Below, piece after piece: positions 1 to 9,229 of a stretch of 64,000 bases of DNA (positions within the stretch are counted from its first letter, which is position 1; every line of letters begins with the position of its first letter). The translations under genes were made by a program, and so were the position numbers. The DNA is from an uncultured Flavobacteriales bacterium (lineage in GTDB: Bacteria > Bacteroidota > Bacteroidia > Flavobacteriales_G > Salibacteraceae): the NCBI GenBank assembly GCA_913057205.1, contig CAJXNO010000006.1, positions 1,778-65,777 on the forward strand, read 5' to 3'. The notes under the pieces were generated by a model. The model saw only the letters and a program-made list of their open reading frames with translations. It did not search any database and was not told the DNA's origin.

Positions 1-147
1 GGACTTTCGAAGGAAGAAAAGAACTTCACCTATAAACTCACTCGGATTCGATTGACCTTGGAAGAAGGAGGTTCAGATAAAGAAGCCGAAGTGGTTCAAG
101 ACTTCTCCTTTGATCATGAACGCGGTAACTTCCGCAACCAACAATGA
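1..147 (+). CDS. 3' end of an unidentified CDS (partial, runs off the window)
   Basis: The frame is open from the window edge and ends ...ERGNFRNQQ-TGA at 145-147. The TGA overlaps the ATG of the next gene (ATGA). There is no recognisable motif in the 48 aa. Confidence 0.3.
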   Translation, partial: GLSKEEKNFTYKLTRIRLTLEEGGSDKEAEVVQDFSFDHERGNFRNQQ

Positions 148-800
148 TCTCCGTCTATTTCATCAGTGGTTTAGGTGCTGACGCCTCCGTTTTTGAGCGC
201 CTACAACTCGACCCAAAGATTGAGATCAACCATATTCCTTGGCTAGAACCGAAGGAAGAAGAAAGCATGGACGCCTATGCGCTGCGCATGGCAGCAGAGA
301 TTCAGGATCCAGCGCAGAGCATCATTGTTGGACTATCATTTGGCGGCGTGATGGCCATCGAGATCGCCAAGCGCATACCGGTGAAGCACGTGGTGTTGCT
401 GAGCTCCATCAAGTACAAAGAGGAGATGCCTCTGCAGCTCAACGTTATCGGTTTGTTTAAATTGAACAAGTTGGTTCCCGCTTCCAAACTACTTCATTTC
501 AAACCTTTGGTAAACTGGTTCTTCGGGATCAGAAAAGCCGATGAGAGGTCGATGTTCTCGGCTTTAATCGAGCGCACCGATGAAGACCTTGTGGACTGGT
601 CGTCTGAGCAGATCGTTCAATGGCAAGGGCAACATGACCTTCAAAACATTACGCATATACATGGAACGGCAGACACCGTCTTCCCGATCAAGAATGTACG
701 AGCAGATCATGTGGTCAAAGGTGGCCCGCACTTCATGGTCTTCACCCATGCCAAAGAGGTAAGCGCACTTCTCAATGATGTTATCCTGAAGCAGGTTTAG
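144..800 (+). CDS. alpha/beta-fold hydrolase
   Basis: 218 aa with a GxSxG nucleophile elbow (GLSFGG) and a late His (GGPHF), which fits a small alpha/beta hydrolase. Confidence 0.65.
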   Translation: MISVYFISGLGADASVFERLQLDPKIEINHIPWLEPKEEESMDAYALRMAAEIQDPAQSIIVGLSFGGVMAIEIAKRIPVKHVVLLSSIKYKEEMPLQLNVIGLFKLNKLVPASKLLHFKPLVNWFFGIRKADERSMFSALIERTDEDLVDWSSEQIVQWQGQHDLQNITHIHGTADTVFPIKNVRADHVVKGGPHFMVFTHAKEVSALLNDVILKQV

Positions 801-888
801 CCAGCGCTCCTCTTTGGTCGAAAAAAACCAGTATCCACTGCTCTTCGCATGGGGAGGTACTTACCTTTGTTCCAAATATCATCGCACA

Positions 889-2415
889 ATGAAAGACGTA
901 TTCAACGAACTGAACATCCAACCAAGCAATCAAGGAACCTATACCGGAAAACGATGGATTCCATCCAATGGAATCACTTTTTCCTCTGTATCGCCAACCA
1001 ACGGCGAGCATATTGCTGATGTAGTTGGCAGTTCGGAAGAGAACTACAACCAAGTGATCGAACTCGCGCAATCAGCCTTTGAAACATGGCGTATGTGGCC
1101 AGCTCCAAAGCGTGGTGAGGTGGTACGTCAGATCGGTGAAGCCTTGCGTGACAAGAAGGAAGCCCTCGGTAAATTGGTGAGCTACGAGATGGGGAAAAGC
1201 TACCAAGAAGGGCTTGGAGAGGTGCAGGAAATGATCGACATCTGCGACTTTGCTGTTGGCCTTTCGCGACAACTTCACGGCCTGACCATGCACAGTGAAC
1301 GCGAGATGCACCGCATGTACGAGCAGTACCACCCGCTTGGCATTGTTGGCATCATTTCGGCCTTCAACTTCCCGGTAGCCGTTTGGGCATGGAACAGCAT
1401 GATTGCATGGGTGTGCGGCGATGTGTGCATTTGGAAGCCATCTGAGAAAGTGCCTTTGTGTGCTGTTGCATGCATGCACATCGTTCAAGAGGTGTTTGAT
1501 CGTAATGACGTTCCGGAAGGGGTGAACGGATTGGTGGTTGGAAACTACGAGATCGGTCAATTGATGAGCAACGACACCCGTGTTCCTTTGGTTTCTGCCA
1601 CGGGTTCTATCCGCATGGGTAAGAAGGTTGGTGAAGCCGTTGGTCGCCGACTCGGAAAGACCATCTTGGAGCTTGGAGGAAACAACGCGATTATCTTGAC
1701 AGAGCACGCAGACCTCAAGGTTGCAGTACCTGGCATCGTATTCGGAGCGGTCGGAACCTGTGGACAGCGCTGTACCTCTACCCGTAGACTGATCATTCAT
1801 GAAAGCATCTACGACGAAGTGAAGGAGACGTTGCGTAAGGCATACGGCCAGTTGCGCATCGGCGACCCATTGGATGCGAACAACCATGTTGGTCCGCTGA
1901 TCGATACAGACGCAGTAGCCATGTATACCAAGGCATTGGAGGAGGTCAAAGCCAAAGGCGGAAACCTAGTAGTAGAGGGTGGCGTGCTAGAAGGCGAGGG
2001 CTACGAAAGTGGATGCTACGTAAAGCCAGCGATCGCGGAGGCTCAAAACGAATGGGAGATCGTTCAGGAAGAGACCTTTGCCCCTATTCTCTACTTACTC
2101 AAGTACAAGACCTTTGATGAAGCTATTGCCATCCAAAACGGCGTGAAGCAAGGCTTGAGTTCCGCCATCATGACCACCAACATGCGAGAGTCTGAGACCT
2201 TCTTGAGTCATCGCGGGTCTGACTGTGGCATCGCTAATGTGAACATCGGCACCAGCGGTGCTGAGATCGGTGGTGCGTTTGGTGGCGAGAAAGAAACCGG
2301 TGGTGGTCGCGAAAGCGGTTCAGACGCTTGGAAAGCTTATATGCGCAGACAGACCAATACCATCAACTGGAGTACCGAACTACCGCTTGCACAAGGCATC
2401 AAGTTCGATCTTTAG
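889..2415 (+). CDS. ALDH7-type aldehyde dehydrogenase (piperideine-6-carboxylate / alpha-aminoadipic semialdehyde dehydrogenase-like)
   Basis: Full-length ALDH fold with ELGGNNA and GTCGQRCTS (catalytic Cys) motifs. The C-terminal EKETGGGRESGSDAWKAYMR is typical of the ALDH7 family. I prefer the ATG at 889 over the TTG at 814. Confidence 0.85.
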   Translation: MKDVFNELNIQPSNQGTYTGKRWIPSNGITFSSVSPTNGEHIADVVGSSEENYNQVIELAQSAFETWRMWPAPKRGEVVRQIGEALRDKKEALGKLVSYEMGKSYQEGLGEVQEMIDICDFAVGLSRQLHGLTMHSEREMHRMYEQYHPLGIVGIISAFNFPVAVWAWNSMIAWVCGDVCIWKPSEKVPLCAVACMHIVQEVFDRNDVPEGVNGLVVGNYEIGQLMSNDTRVPLVSATGSIRMGKKVGEAVGRRLGKTILELGGNNAIILTEHADLKVAVPGIVFGAVGTCGQRCTSTRRLIIHESIYDEVKETLRKAYGQLRIGDPLDANNHVGPLIDTDAVAMYTKALEEVKAKGGNLVVEGGVLEGEGYESGCYVKPAIAEAQNEWEIVQEETFAPILYLLKYKTFDEAIAIQNGVKQGLSSAIMTTNMRESETFLSHRGSDCGIANVNIGTSGAEIGGAFGGEKETGGGRESGSDAWKAYMRRQTNTINWSTELPLAQGIKFDL

Positions 2416-3248
2416 AACGAAGCGTAGGCCACATTCAATAGCGGTTGCAGCTTTTCACCCGGTATACTGATTGCAGCGATCACCGCGAAGTCTTGCGGAC
2501 GATCGGCCAGCCCTGCAGGTTCTACTGCCTCATACTCAAAGCTCGATAGGTCGGAGATGTTGACTTGATCTCCTGCCTCGGCGGTAAGTTGCGCGCGGAT
2601 CACATTGGTATGCTTGAAGCCTTCGATCCAGTTTCCCTGACCGAAGTAGGGGTGACCTGGTGTGTCATTGCCATAGTTGCGTTGATCGTATTCCGGTCCG
2701 ACCTCCACCACCTCTTTCTCAACGATGAATACGTGCAGCATAACGTCTGCCGCTTCATCCTCTGCTTTCGGCTGGACCCGCATATCTATAAAGTGCTTGC
2801 CGTCGATCAGGTTCACAAACACTTCGATGCCATAATCCGCTTCTTTCATGAGTTCGGATTCCACCAAGCCTTTCACCATGGGTACGGGATAATACACCAT
2901 GGAACCCTCTTCAAATGCTCGGTTCACATGGGCCAGTGGTGTGTAAACGGTCTTATCCACATCGCGCAGAATGTAGCGCGTGAAAGGGTGAAACATCGGT
3001 CCTGCGGTATAGTGGGTCATGTGAAATACTCGATCCAATGAATCGGCAAGTTGCTCTAACTCATGATGCATCAGCGGACAAGCGCCACAACTGGTCGCCA
3101 CGGTGGGTTCGATCAACACGCGTTTCTCCATTGAAACCTCTACCGGAGGTTCTGGAAGGATGATCTCAGCAGGATCATTTTTTTGGCAAGATGAAAAGCT
3201 GAGAACGATACAACAAGAAGTGAGAAATGGAAAGAATGAATACCTCAT
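2412..3248 (-). CDS. lipoprotein with a thioredoxin-like CxxC motif (possibly Omp28-related), function unknown
   Basis: Signal peptide plus lipobox (LSFSSC) starting from the ATG at 3248, and a CGAC motif (ATSCGACPL). The family assignment is from memory only. Confidence 0.45.
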   Translation of the reverse strand: MRYSFFPFLTSCCIVLSFSSCQKNDPAEIILPEPPVEVSMEKRVLIEPTVATSCGACPLMHHELEQLADSLDRVFHMTHYTAGPMFHPFTRYILRDVDKTVYTPLAHVNRAFEEGSMVYYPVPMVKGLVESELMKEADYGIEVFVNLIDGKHFIDMRVQPKAEDEAADVMLHVFIVEKEVVEVGPEYDQRNYGNDTPGHPYFGQGNWIEGFKHTNVIRAQLTAEAGDQVNISDLSSFEYEAVEPAGLADRPQDFAVIAAISIPGEKLQPLLNVAYASF

Positions 3249-3300
3249 GTTCGCAGATTTATGATGTGACAAACGCTGAAAGCTCAGCAATCTTGCCTCA

Positions 3301-3798
3301 TCAAGACGCTTTTTTCAGGAAAAGGGTATAGTTGGTGGTCTGTCCGGGATTCGGTTGCTGCTGAAACCGGAACACTCCGACGCTGTCATTCGACAATTGG
3401 TAACGCATGTGAAAACCAGCAGTGGCAGTGTCTGCTGCGTCATCGAAGGTATTGAAGACATATACCTGTCCGCCACGAGCACTGAAGTTCACGGCGTTCA
3501 CATCCTCCGTTCGCACACCAGCAAAGTTGGTGTAACTCAACACAAACAGCGAAGTATCTGAACAATCCATCACCAAGTCATAGGTCAACGTAGGGAAGCG
3601 ATCAATGATCACGGAATCTATGGTATCCACGCGTGTTTCAATGTGCACCGAATCCGAGAACCAGCTTCCTTCCAGGCCAGGGTCAAGGTCGCAATAAACC
3701 ACGGGTTGAGGAGTGGTCTCTTGGATGTCGACCACACGCTCACAAGACAAAGTGCTGCATGAAAGGACGATTGCAATATGGAGGATGCCTTTTCTCAT
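3301..3798 (-). CDS. hypothetical lipoprotein
   Basis: MRKGILHIAIVLSCSTLSC is a clean signal/lipobox at the internal ATG 3798. The listed start at 3894 would add 32 non-signal residues. Confidence 0.5.
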   Translation of the reverse strand: MRKGILHIAIVLSCSTLSCERVVDIQETTPQPVVYCDLDPGLEGSWFSDSVHIETRVDTIDSVIIDRFPTLTYDLVMDCSDTSLFVLSYTNFAGVRTEDVNAVNFSARGGQVYVFNTFDDAADTATAGFHMRYQLSNDSVGVFRFQQQPNPGQTTNYTLFLKKAS

Positions 3799-3968
3799 CT
3801 TGTTGTTGAATAGACGCTGCTGCAATTCAAAGAGTCGATTGCGGGTTCGGGCGGGTCGCAAAACGTAAATACATTTCCACGGGCATCTTGGCAATCAATG
3901 CACTGCACTTCTGTGCATCCGATAGACAGCGAAACGATAAAAACCAACCACGACACGAAACGTCTCAC
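3795..3968 (-). CDS. candidate small (57 aa) Cys-rich lipoprotein, absent from the ORF track
   Basis: GTG start at 3968. The peptide is RRFVSWLVFIVSLSIGC followed by a 39-aa mature part containing 4 further Cys. Its TGA overlaps ATG 3798 (ATGA). Confidence 0.3.
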   Translation of the reverse strand: MRRFVSWLVFIVSLSIGCTEVQCIDCQDARGNVFTFCDPPEPAIDSLNCSSVYSTTR

Positions 3969-4005
3969 GCTTCGAAAATAGTATTCATCCGTTAGGCCTC
4001 AACAC

Positions 4006-4038
4006 AAAAAAAAGACCCCAACCATAACGGCTGAGGCC
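4006..4038 (-). terminator. rho-independent terminator after the BadF-type kinase gene
   Basis: The minus strand reads GGCCUCAGCC-GUUAU-GGUUGGGGUC followed by U8. The stem is 10 bp (3 G-U pairs) and starts 39 nt after the stop codon. Confidence 0.55.
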
Positions 4039-4076
4039 TTTTCGTTCACAAACCACAAATTCTTATTGCACAAATA

Positions 4077-4949
4077 CTATTTACCAATGGGCTGCGACAT
4101 CAATTTATGCTCTTTATGATATTTCACCAATTGATCTGCAGGGTGCTTGATGATCAAGCCAGGCTTACAGTCACGCTTTAGGAGCTCCTCTCGCAAAATA
4201 TCTTGAAAAATGAAAGCCACTGTGCCAACAAAACCTACTTCATACTTATGATAGTTCGAATAATTGGCAACGTGTATATCGATGAATCGAGCTATTCCCT
4301 CTTTGACCATTTCTTGAACATAGTCATTATACTTATGATCCACTATGAAACGCATAAAGGATGCTAGGTAAACATTGGCATGGACGTTCTGATACACTTT
4401 TTGTACTACCTCTGACCAGTCTACTCGGAAGCGTTCTTCAAAATCACGCTGCATTTCACCAGGAAGTCGTTTGTAGATATAGTCTGCCAGAACGCGCTTA
4501 CCGAAATAGCTTCCGCTTGCTTCATCACCAAGGATGAACCCAAGAGCAGGAACCATTTCATGCACTTTACTCCCATCGAAGAAACAAGAGTTTGAACCCG
4601 TACCTATAATACAACCAATCACTGGCTCCCCTCTGTAAAGGGAGTATGCAGCAGCGACCAAATCATGATCAACACTGATCTCTGCTTGAGAAAAGAATAC
4701 CCTCAAGGCGCCAAACACAACCGAATTTAGTGTTTCTGAAGAGCAGCCTGCGCCGTAGAAGTAGACCTTATCTACTTCATTCTGAATCTGTAACAACTCC
4801 GACGACCTCGACATCTCAGTCGAAATGAATTGCTCGTCATGGAAGTAAGGGTTGAAACCAGGTGTTTTCGCGGTCAAAACCACTTGATGCTGATCATCCA
4901 AGATGGACCAATCACATTTGGTGGAACCGCTTTCTGCAATTACAATCAT
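4077..4949 (-). CDS. BadF/BadG/BcrA/BcrD-type ATPase, N-acetylglucosamine-kinase-like sugar kinase
   Basis: The N-terminal IAESGSTKCDW and central GTGSNS motifs match the ASKHA sugar-kinase fold. It lies 26 nt downstream of gap on the same strand. Confidence 0.7.
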   Translation of the reverse strand: MIVIAESGSTKCDWSILDDQHQVVLTAKTPGFNPYFHDEQFISTEMSRSSELLQIQNEVDKVYFYGAGCSSETLNSVVFGALRVFFSQAEISVDHDLVAAAYSLYRGEPVIGCIIGTGSNSCFFDGSKVHEMVPALGFILGDEASGSYFGKRVLADYIYKRLPGEMQRDFEERFRVDWSEVVQKVYQNVHANVYLASFMRFIVDHKYNDYVQEMVKEGIARFIDIHVANYSNYHKYEVGFVGTVAFIFQDILREELLKRDCKPGLIIKHPADQLVKYHKEHKLMSQPIGK

Positions 4950-4975
4950 GAGAAGGTCTTAAAAATCGCCTCGTT

Positions 4976-5959
4976 CTACATCTTCTTCATCAAGTCAATC
5001 ATTCTCGCAGAATAACCAACTTCATTATCGTACCAACCAAACACCCGAACCAAGTTGCCATTGACCTGTGTCAAAGGAGCATCAAAGATGCACGAGTGGG
5101 TGTCCCCCAAAATATCACTTGAAACTAAGGGCTTTTCACTGTATTCCATGATTCCGTTGAGCACAGTGTCCGCAGCCGTTCTGAATGCATACAATACTTC
5201 GTCAAGAGAAGTTTCTTTGTTCAATACGAAGGTGGCTTCTGTCATTGACCCAGAGGCTACAGGCACCCGGAGGGCGTTGCCATCTAGCTTACCTTTCAGG
5301 TCAGGAAACACTTTTCCGATTGCCTTGGCTGCACCAGTCGAGGTAGGTATTACGTTCAAAGCAGCTGCCCGTGCACGACGCATATCACGATGCGGAGCAT
5401 CCATCAAGCGCTGGTCTCCCGTGTAGGCGTGGGTGGTTGCGATAAAGCCCTTTTCGATTTCAAACGTACCGTGCAACACCTTAACCATGGGAGCCAAGCA
5501 GTTCGTCGTACACGATGCTGCAGACAACACGAGGTCATCATCTTTAACGACATCATCATTCACGCCGAAAACTACATTCTTAATGGGATCCTTCGCTGGC
5601 GCTGAAATAAGTACTTTTCGTGCTCCAGCCTCAATATGCACTTTCGCACTCTCTTCTTCTTTGAATCGACCAGTACACTCTAGTACTACATCTACGTTCA
5701 ATTCTTTCCACGGTAATTTGGATGGGTCCGGTTCAGCAAACATGGCTATGCGCTGATCCCCACAGATCAAGTGTCGGTTTTCTAGTTTCACCTTTGATTT
5801 CACACGACCGTAAAGACTATCGAATTCAAAAAGCTGTGCCAGTATTTCCGGTCCAACTAAGTCGTTGAGTGCAACCAACTGCACTTCTTTTTCTTCCAAG
5901 AGTAATCGAAGCACTTGTCGCCCGATCCTTCCAAATCCATTAATCGCTATTCTCGTCAT
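4976..5959 (-). CDS. gap: glyceraldehyde-3-phosphate dehydrogenase
   Basis: INGFGRIGR Rossmann motif and SCTTNCLAP active site. The ATG at 5959 gives the canonical MTRIAINGFGRIGR N-terminus. Confidence 0.95.
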   Translation of the reverse strand: MTRIAINGFGRIGRQVLRLLLEEKEVQLVALNDLVGPEILAQLFEFDSLYGRVKSKVKLENRHLICGDQRIAMFAEPDPSKLPWKELNVDVVLECTGRFKEEESAKVHIEAGARKVLISAPAKDPIKNVVFGVNDDVVKDDDLVLSAASCTTNCLAPMVKVLHGTFEIEKGFIATTHAYTGDQRLMDAPHRDMRRARAAALNVIPTSTGAAKAIGKVFPDLKGKLDGNALRVPVASGSMTEATFVLNKETSLDEVLYAFRTAADTVLNGIMEYSEKPLVSSDILGDTHSCIFDAPLTQVNGNLVRVFGWYDNEVGYSARMIDLMKKM

Positions 5960-6002
5960 GGGTATAGGGTTCCGTTTTCTTTCGTACATGCAATATTAAC
6001 CA

Positions 6003-6029
6003 AACTAAGTGTATATTATACACTTAGTT
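6003..6029. promoter_or_regulatory. 27-bp perfect palindrome, candidate operator (ACTAAGTGT-N7-ACACTTAGT core)
   Basis: AACTAAGTGTATA-T-TATACACTTAGTT has 13-bp perfect arms. It lies in the gap/regulator divergent region, and the same architecture occurs at 11431-11455. Confidence 0.6.
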
Positions 6030-6030
6030 G

Positions 6031-6038
6031 TAAGTTTG
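6031..6038 (+). promoter_or_regulatory. Bacteroidota -7 promoter box (TAAGTTTG)
   Basis: Perfect match to TAnnTTTG, 14 nt upstream of ATG 6052 and 1 nt after the palindrome. Confidence 0.4.
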
Positions 6039-6051
6039 TTGTTATGCAAGC

Positions 6052-6795
6052 ATGAAATCTATTTTTATCGACGAGTTTTTTGATATGACAAGCACTACCA
6101 CCAGTTTGAAAACCAACCCGAATGTATCAGTGGACTGTGTTGTCTTCGGTTTTGATGTTGAAGGCCTTAAAGTGCTCTTGATCGAGCAAAGACCAGTTGG
6201 TGATACGCTGGGGCAATTGGCGCTTCCTGGCGACTTGGTCTTACAAAACGAGAACCTAGACCAATCTGCTAAGCGTGTCCTAAAAGAACTAACCCATCTC
6301 GATGGTCTCTACCTCAAACAGTTTCAAACATTTGGGGATCCTGACCGCGTCTCAAACGTCAAAGATCAGGAATGGCTCAGAAATTTCAGGGATGACCCGG
6401 CAGCTCGTGTAATCACGGTGGCCTATTATTCCATAGTGAAAATGGAGAATTATCAGCCCGAGGCAGCATCCTTCGCTGGTAAGATCATTTGGCAGCCCGT
6501 AGACCAAGTGCCTGATCTGGCGTTTGACCATAACAAGATTTTCGATACAGCACTCACCAGACTCAGGGAAGAGTTTGAATTGAAAAATATCGCATTTGAA
6601 CTTCTACCTGAAAAGTTCACGCTCAGTCAGCTGCAGCGTCTCCATGAAATGGTGCTCGGTGTGGATCTAGACAAGCGGAATTTTCGCAAAAAACTAAAAA
6701 TGAAGACCGGTCTTGTGGCCCTTGATGAAAAGCAGACAGGTGTTGACCATAAACCCGCACAACTCTTCAAATACAAGCCTCGGAAGCACGCTTGA
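6052..6795 (+). CDS. Nudix-fold transcriptional regulator (NrtR/AraR-like: Nudix domain plus C-terminal winged helix)
   Basis: Nudix-like core with a degenerate box (GDLVLQNENLDQSAKRVLKELTHLDG, where the REUxEE glutamates are lost). It also has the LAFDHNKI and FTLSQLQ..E..LG...D..NFRKK winged-helix tail typical of NrtR-family regulators. Confidence 0.7.
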   Translation: MKSIFIDEFFDMTSTTTSLKTNPNVSVDCVVFGFDVEGLKVLLIEQRPVGDTLGQLALPGDLVLQNENLDQSAKRVLKELTHLDGLYLKQFQTFGDPDRVSNVKDQEWLRNFRDDPAARVITVAYYSIVKMENYQPEAASFAGKIIWQPVDQVPDLAFDHNKIFDTALTRLREEFELKNIAFELLPEKFTLSQLQRLHEMVLGVDLDKRNFRKKLKMKTGLVALDEKQTGVDHKPAQLFKYKPRKHA

Positions 6796-6829
6796 GCCAA
6801 GCACCTCACGCATACATCAAACTCGAAAT

Positions 6830-7417
6830 TTAACGCTTCTCCTGATACGCTTTCTGAAACCAAGACCCGCCTACGGCAAACACATTGGAAAGAGACAGGT
6901 ATTCATTACTTGTCTCTTTTTTTATGCCTCCGGTTGGACAAAAGACCACGTCTGGGAACAGCTGTCCATAGGCCTTTAAGGCATCCTTACCGCCAAACAA
7001 GTGCGCCGGAAAAAACTTCAACGTACGCAGGCCTCTGCTTCGCAGGTGCATGATTTCTGATGGTGTGACCGCGCCGGGTAAATAGGCCATACCGCTTTCA
7101 TCCATGGCATCGATCAAGGCATCCGTGGCTCCGGGACTCACCAAAAAGTCTGTTTGAGCTTCCTTCAGCGCTGGCAGCTGCTCTGGACCCAAGACGGTTC
7201 CCGCTCCAATAACCACCTCTTTTCCAAAAGCTTCACGTATTGCCTTTATTGCGGGTAATCCATAAGGTGTTCGAAGCGTGATCTCGATGCATTTCACGCC
7301 ATCATTCAAGAGGTAGCGCATGAACGCCACCGGGTCATCCCCTTCATTAAAGGTCACCACAGGTACACGCTCGTGTCCTAGGAGTACCGCTCTGATGTTG
7401 TTTTGATCGTTTACCAT
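6830..7417 (-). CDS. eda: 2-dehydro-3-deoxyphosphogluconate (KDPG) aldolase
   Basis: IEITLRTP, GAGTV, KFFPA and CPTGGI motifs align along the whole length with E. coli Eda. Confidence 0.9.
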   Translation of the reverse strand: MVNDQNNIRAVLLGHERVPVVTFNEGDDPVAFMRYLLNDGVKCIEITLRTPYGLPAIKAIREAFGKEVVIGAGTVLGPEQLPALKEAQTDFLVSPGATDALIDAMDESGMAYLPGAVTPSEIMHLRSRGLRTLKFFPAHLFGGKDALKAYGQLFPDVVFCPTGGIKKETSNEYLSLSNVFAVGGSWFQKAYQEKR

Positions 7418-7420
7418 GCG

Positions 7421-9223
7421 CTAGATGATGAATGAAGCTCCGTCTTCACTTTCAGTTACCAATGGACGAAGTCGATTGAACAGTTCACGGCCAACGCCAA
7501 AGGAGCCTACAGGAGGTGTAGCATTCGCTTCGCGTTTTTCTACTTCTTCGATGTTATCTACGTTCAGCGTTCCCGCCTTCGCGTCTAAGTGGATCACATC
7601 GCCAGTCTTCAGCTTGGCCATCATACCACCTTTTGCCGCTTCTGGTGCTAAGTGGATCGCTGCCGGAACCTTACCACTGGCCCCAGACATCCTTCCATCG
7701 GTGACCAGAGCGACGGCGTAGCCCTGGTTCTGTAACAAGGTCAGGGTTGGTGTCAGCTGGTGCAACTCCGGCATTCCGATGCTTCGGGCTCCTTGGTTTC
7801 GTACCACAACAACCACGTCCTTATTCAATTCCCCTCTCTTGAAGGCCTCAATAACCTCATTCTGGTCCTCGAAGACAATCGCAGGTGCGCTCACCACTTG
7901 GTTTTCTTCCTTAACGGCGGATACCTTAATGACAGAACGTCCAAGGTTTCCTTCCAAGATCTTCAATCCACCGGTTGGAGCAAAAGGCTCATGCACTCCT
8001 CTCAATACATCTTTGTCAAGGGAGTCTTCTGGGGCATCCCTCCATGCCAATTCGCCATCCTTCAGGTAGGGCTCCTTGGTGTAAGCTTCCATGCCTTCAC
8101 CTACAGCAGTCTTCACAGCTTCATTGAGGTAGCCCCCTTCACGTAGCGTCTTGATCAAGTAGCTCATGCCGCCACAAGCTTGAAAATGGTTGATGTCTGC
8201 TGAGCCATTCGGGTATACCCGAGTGAGCAGCGGCACCTCTTCAGAAATATCATTGAAGTCATCCCAAGTAATGATGATCCCTGCAGCACGTGCGATCGCA
8301 TTCAGGTGAAGGGTGTGGTTGGTTGAACCACCGGTAGCGGCCAATCCAACGATCGCATTCACGATGCTCTCTTCGCTGATTACCTCAAACAAGGGTGTAT
8401 ACTCCTTGCTTTGCGCGGTGATCTCGGTCAAACGTTTCACGGCATACTCATTCAAGGCCTCTCGCAAAGGTGTACCTGGCGTTACAAATGACGCTCCAGG
8501 TAAGTGAACCCCCATGATCTCCATAAGCATTTGGTTGCTGTTCGCCGTACCGTAGAACGTGCAGGTTCCCGCCGAGTGGTAAGAGGCCGATTCCGCTTTG
8601 AGCAGCTCGTCTCTACTGATCCGGCCTGCGGCATACTCTCTTCGCCAGTGGGCCTTCTCCTCATTGGTGATTCCCGATTCCATCGGTCCACCAGGGATAA
8701 AAATGAACGGTAAGTGACCGAAGCGCAGCGCACCGATCATCATGCCCGGAACGATCTTATCACAGATACCAAGGCACATCCCTGCGTCAAACATTTGGTG
8801 CGACATACCCACCGCCGTGGCAAGGGCGATTACATCCCTACTGAACAACGAAAGTTCCATCCCCAACTGACCTTGCGTAACCCCGTCGCACATGGCCGGT
8901 ACACCCGAAGCCACCTGCGCTACGGCGCCGTATTTTCTAGCCGCAGCACGAAGTTTGGGTGGATAATCCTCATAGGTCTTGTGCGCACTCAACATATCGT
9001 TGTAGGCGGTGATGATAGCCAGGTTGGGCTTACTGTTGCCGCTGAGGTCCATTTTCTCATCTTCCGCACAGGCCGCAAAGGCGTGTGCCAAGTTTCCGCA
9101 AGCCAGGTCTCCTCTTGTTACATGGGAATTCTTCTCTGACTGCATGAGCTCTAGGTACTCCGCTCGTGTCTTTTTTGAGCGTTCCTTGATGCGTTGTGTT
9201 ATCTCTTTAATTCTCTGATTCAT
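7421..9223 (-). CDS. edd: phosphogluconate dehydratase
   Basis: 600 aa, collinear with E. coli Edd (LACGNLAH, PAMCDGVTQG, GTCTFYGTANSNQM, ATGGSTNHT, ALVTDGRMSGASGKVP). Confidence 0.95.
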   Translation of the reverse strand: MNQRIKEITQRIKERSKKTRAEYLELMQSEKNSHVTRGDLACGNLAHAFAACAEDEKMDLSGNSKPNLAIITAYNDMLSAHKTYEDYPPKLRAAARKYGAVAQVASGVPAMCDGVTQGQLGMELSLFSRDVIALATAVGMSHQMFDAGMCLGICDKIVPGMMIGALRFGHLPFIFIPGGPMESGITNEEKAHWRREYAAGRISRDELLKAESASYHSAGTCTFYGTANSNQMLMEIMGVHLPGASFVTPGTPLREALNEYAVKRLTEITAQSKEYTPLFEVISEESIVNAIVGLAATGGSTNHTLHLNAIARAAGIIITWDDFNDISEEVPLLTRVYPNGSADINHFQACGGMSYLIKTLREGGYLNEAVKTAVGEGMEAYTKEPYLKDGELAWRDAPEDSLDKDVLRGVHEPFAPTGGLKILEGNLGRSVIKVSAVKEENQVVSAPAIVFEDQNEVIEAFKRGELNKDVVVVVRNQGARSIGMPELHQLTPTLTLLQNQGYAVALVTDGRMSGASGKVPAAIHLAPEAAKGGMMAKLKTGDVIHLDAKAGTLNVDNIEEVEKREANATPPVGSFGVGRELFNRLRPLVTESEDGASFII

Positions 9224-9229
9224 AATACA

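Noticed and set aside
814-888. N-terminal extensions offered by the ORF track (814 for ALDH, 3894, 5989 for gap, 25766 for GH3, 44025 for hppD, and several TTG starts such as 49088, 54512, 58962, 62430, 63006-minus).
   Set aside because: Internal ATGs give canonical N-termini or clean signal peptides, and the extensions overlap upstream genes or promoter elements.
1072-1887. Long antisense ORFs inside strongly supported genes. Examples are 1072-1887 (271 aa), 12885-13451, 15818-16348, 17835-18299, 28790-29296, 37350-37784 and 52779-53165.
   Set aside because: Each lies fully within a gene on the opposite strand that has clear family motifs. Their translations are low-complexity or Arg/His/Cys-rich with no recognisable domains, which is typical of shadow ORFs in DNA of about 50% GC.
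2412-2415. Convergent gene pairs whose stop codons overlap or abut with no room for a terminator (2412-2415, 40836-40841, 60955-60964).
   Set aside because: This is common in compact bacterial genomes. No structure or motif is associated with these junctions.
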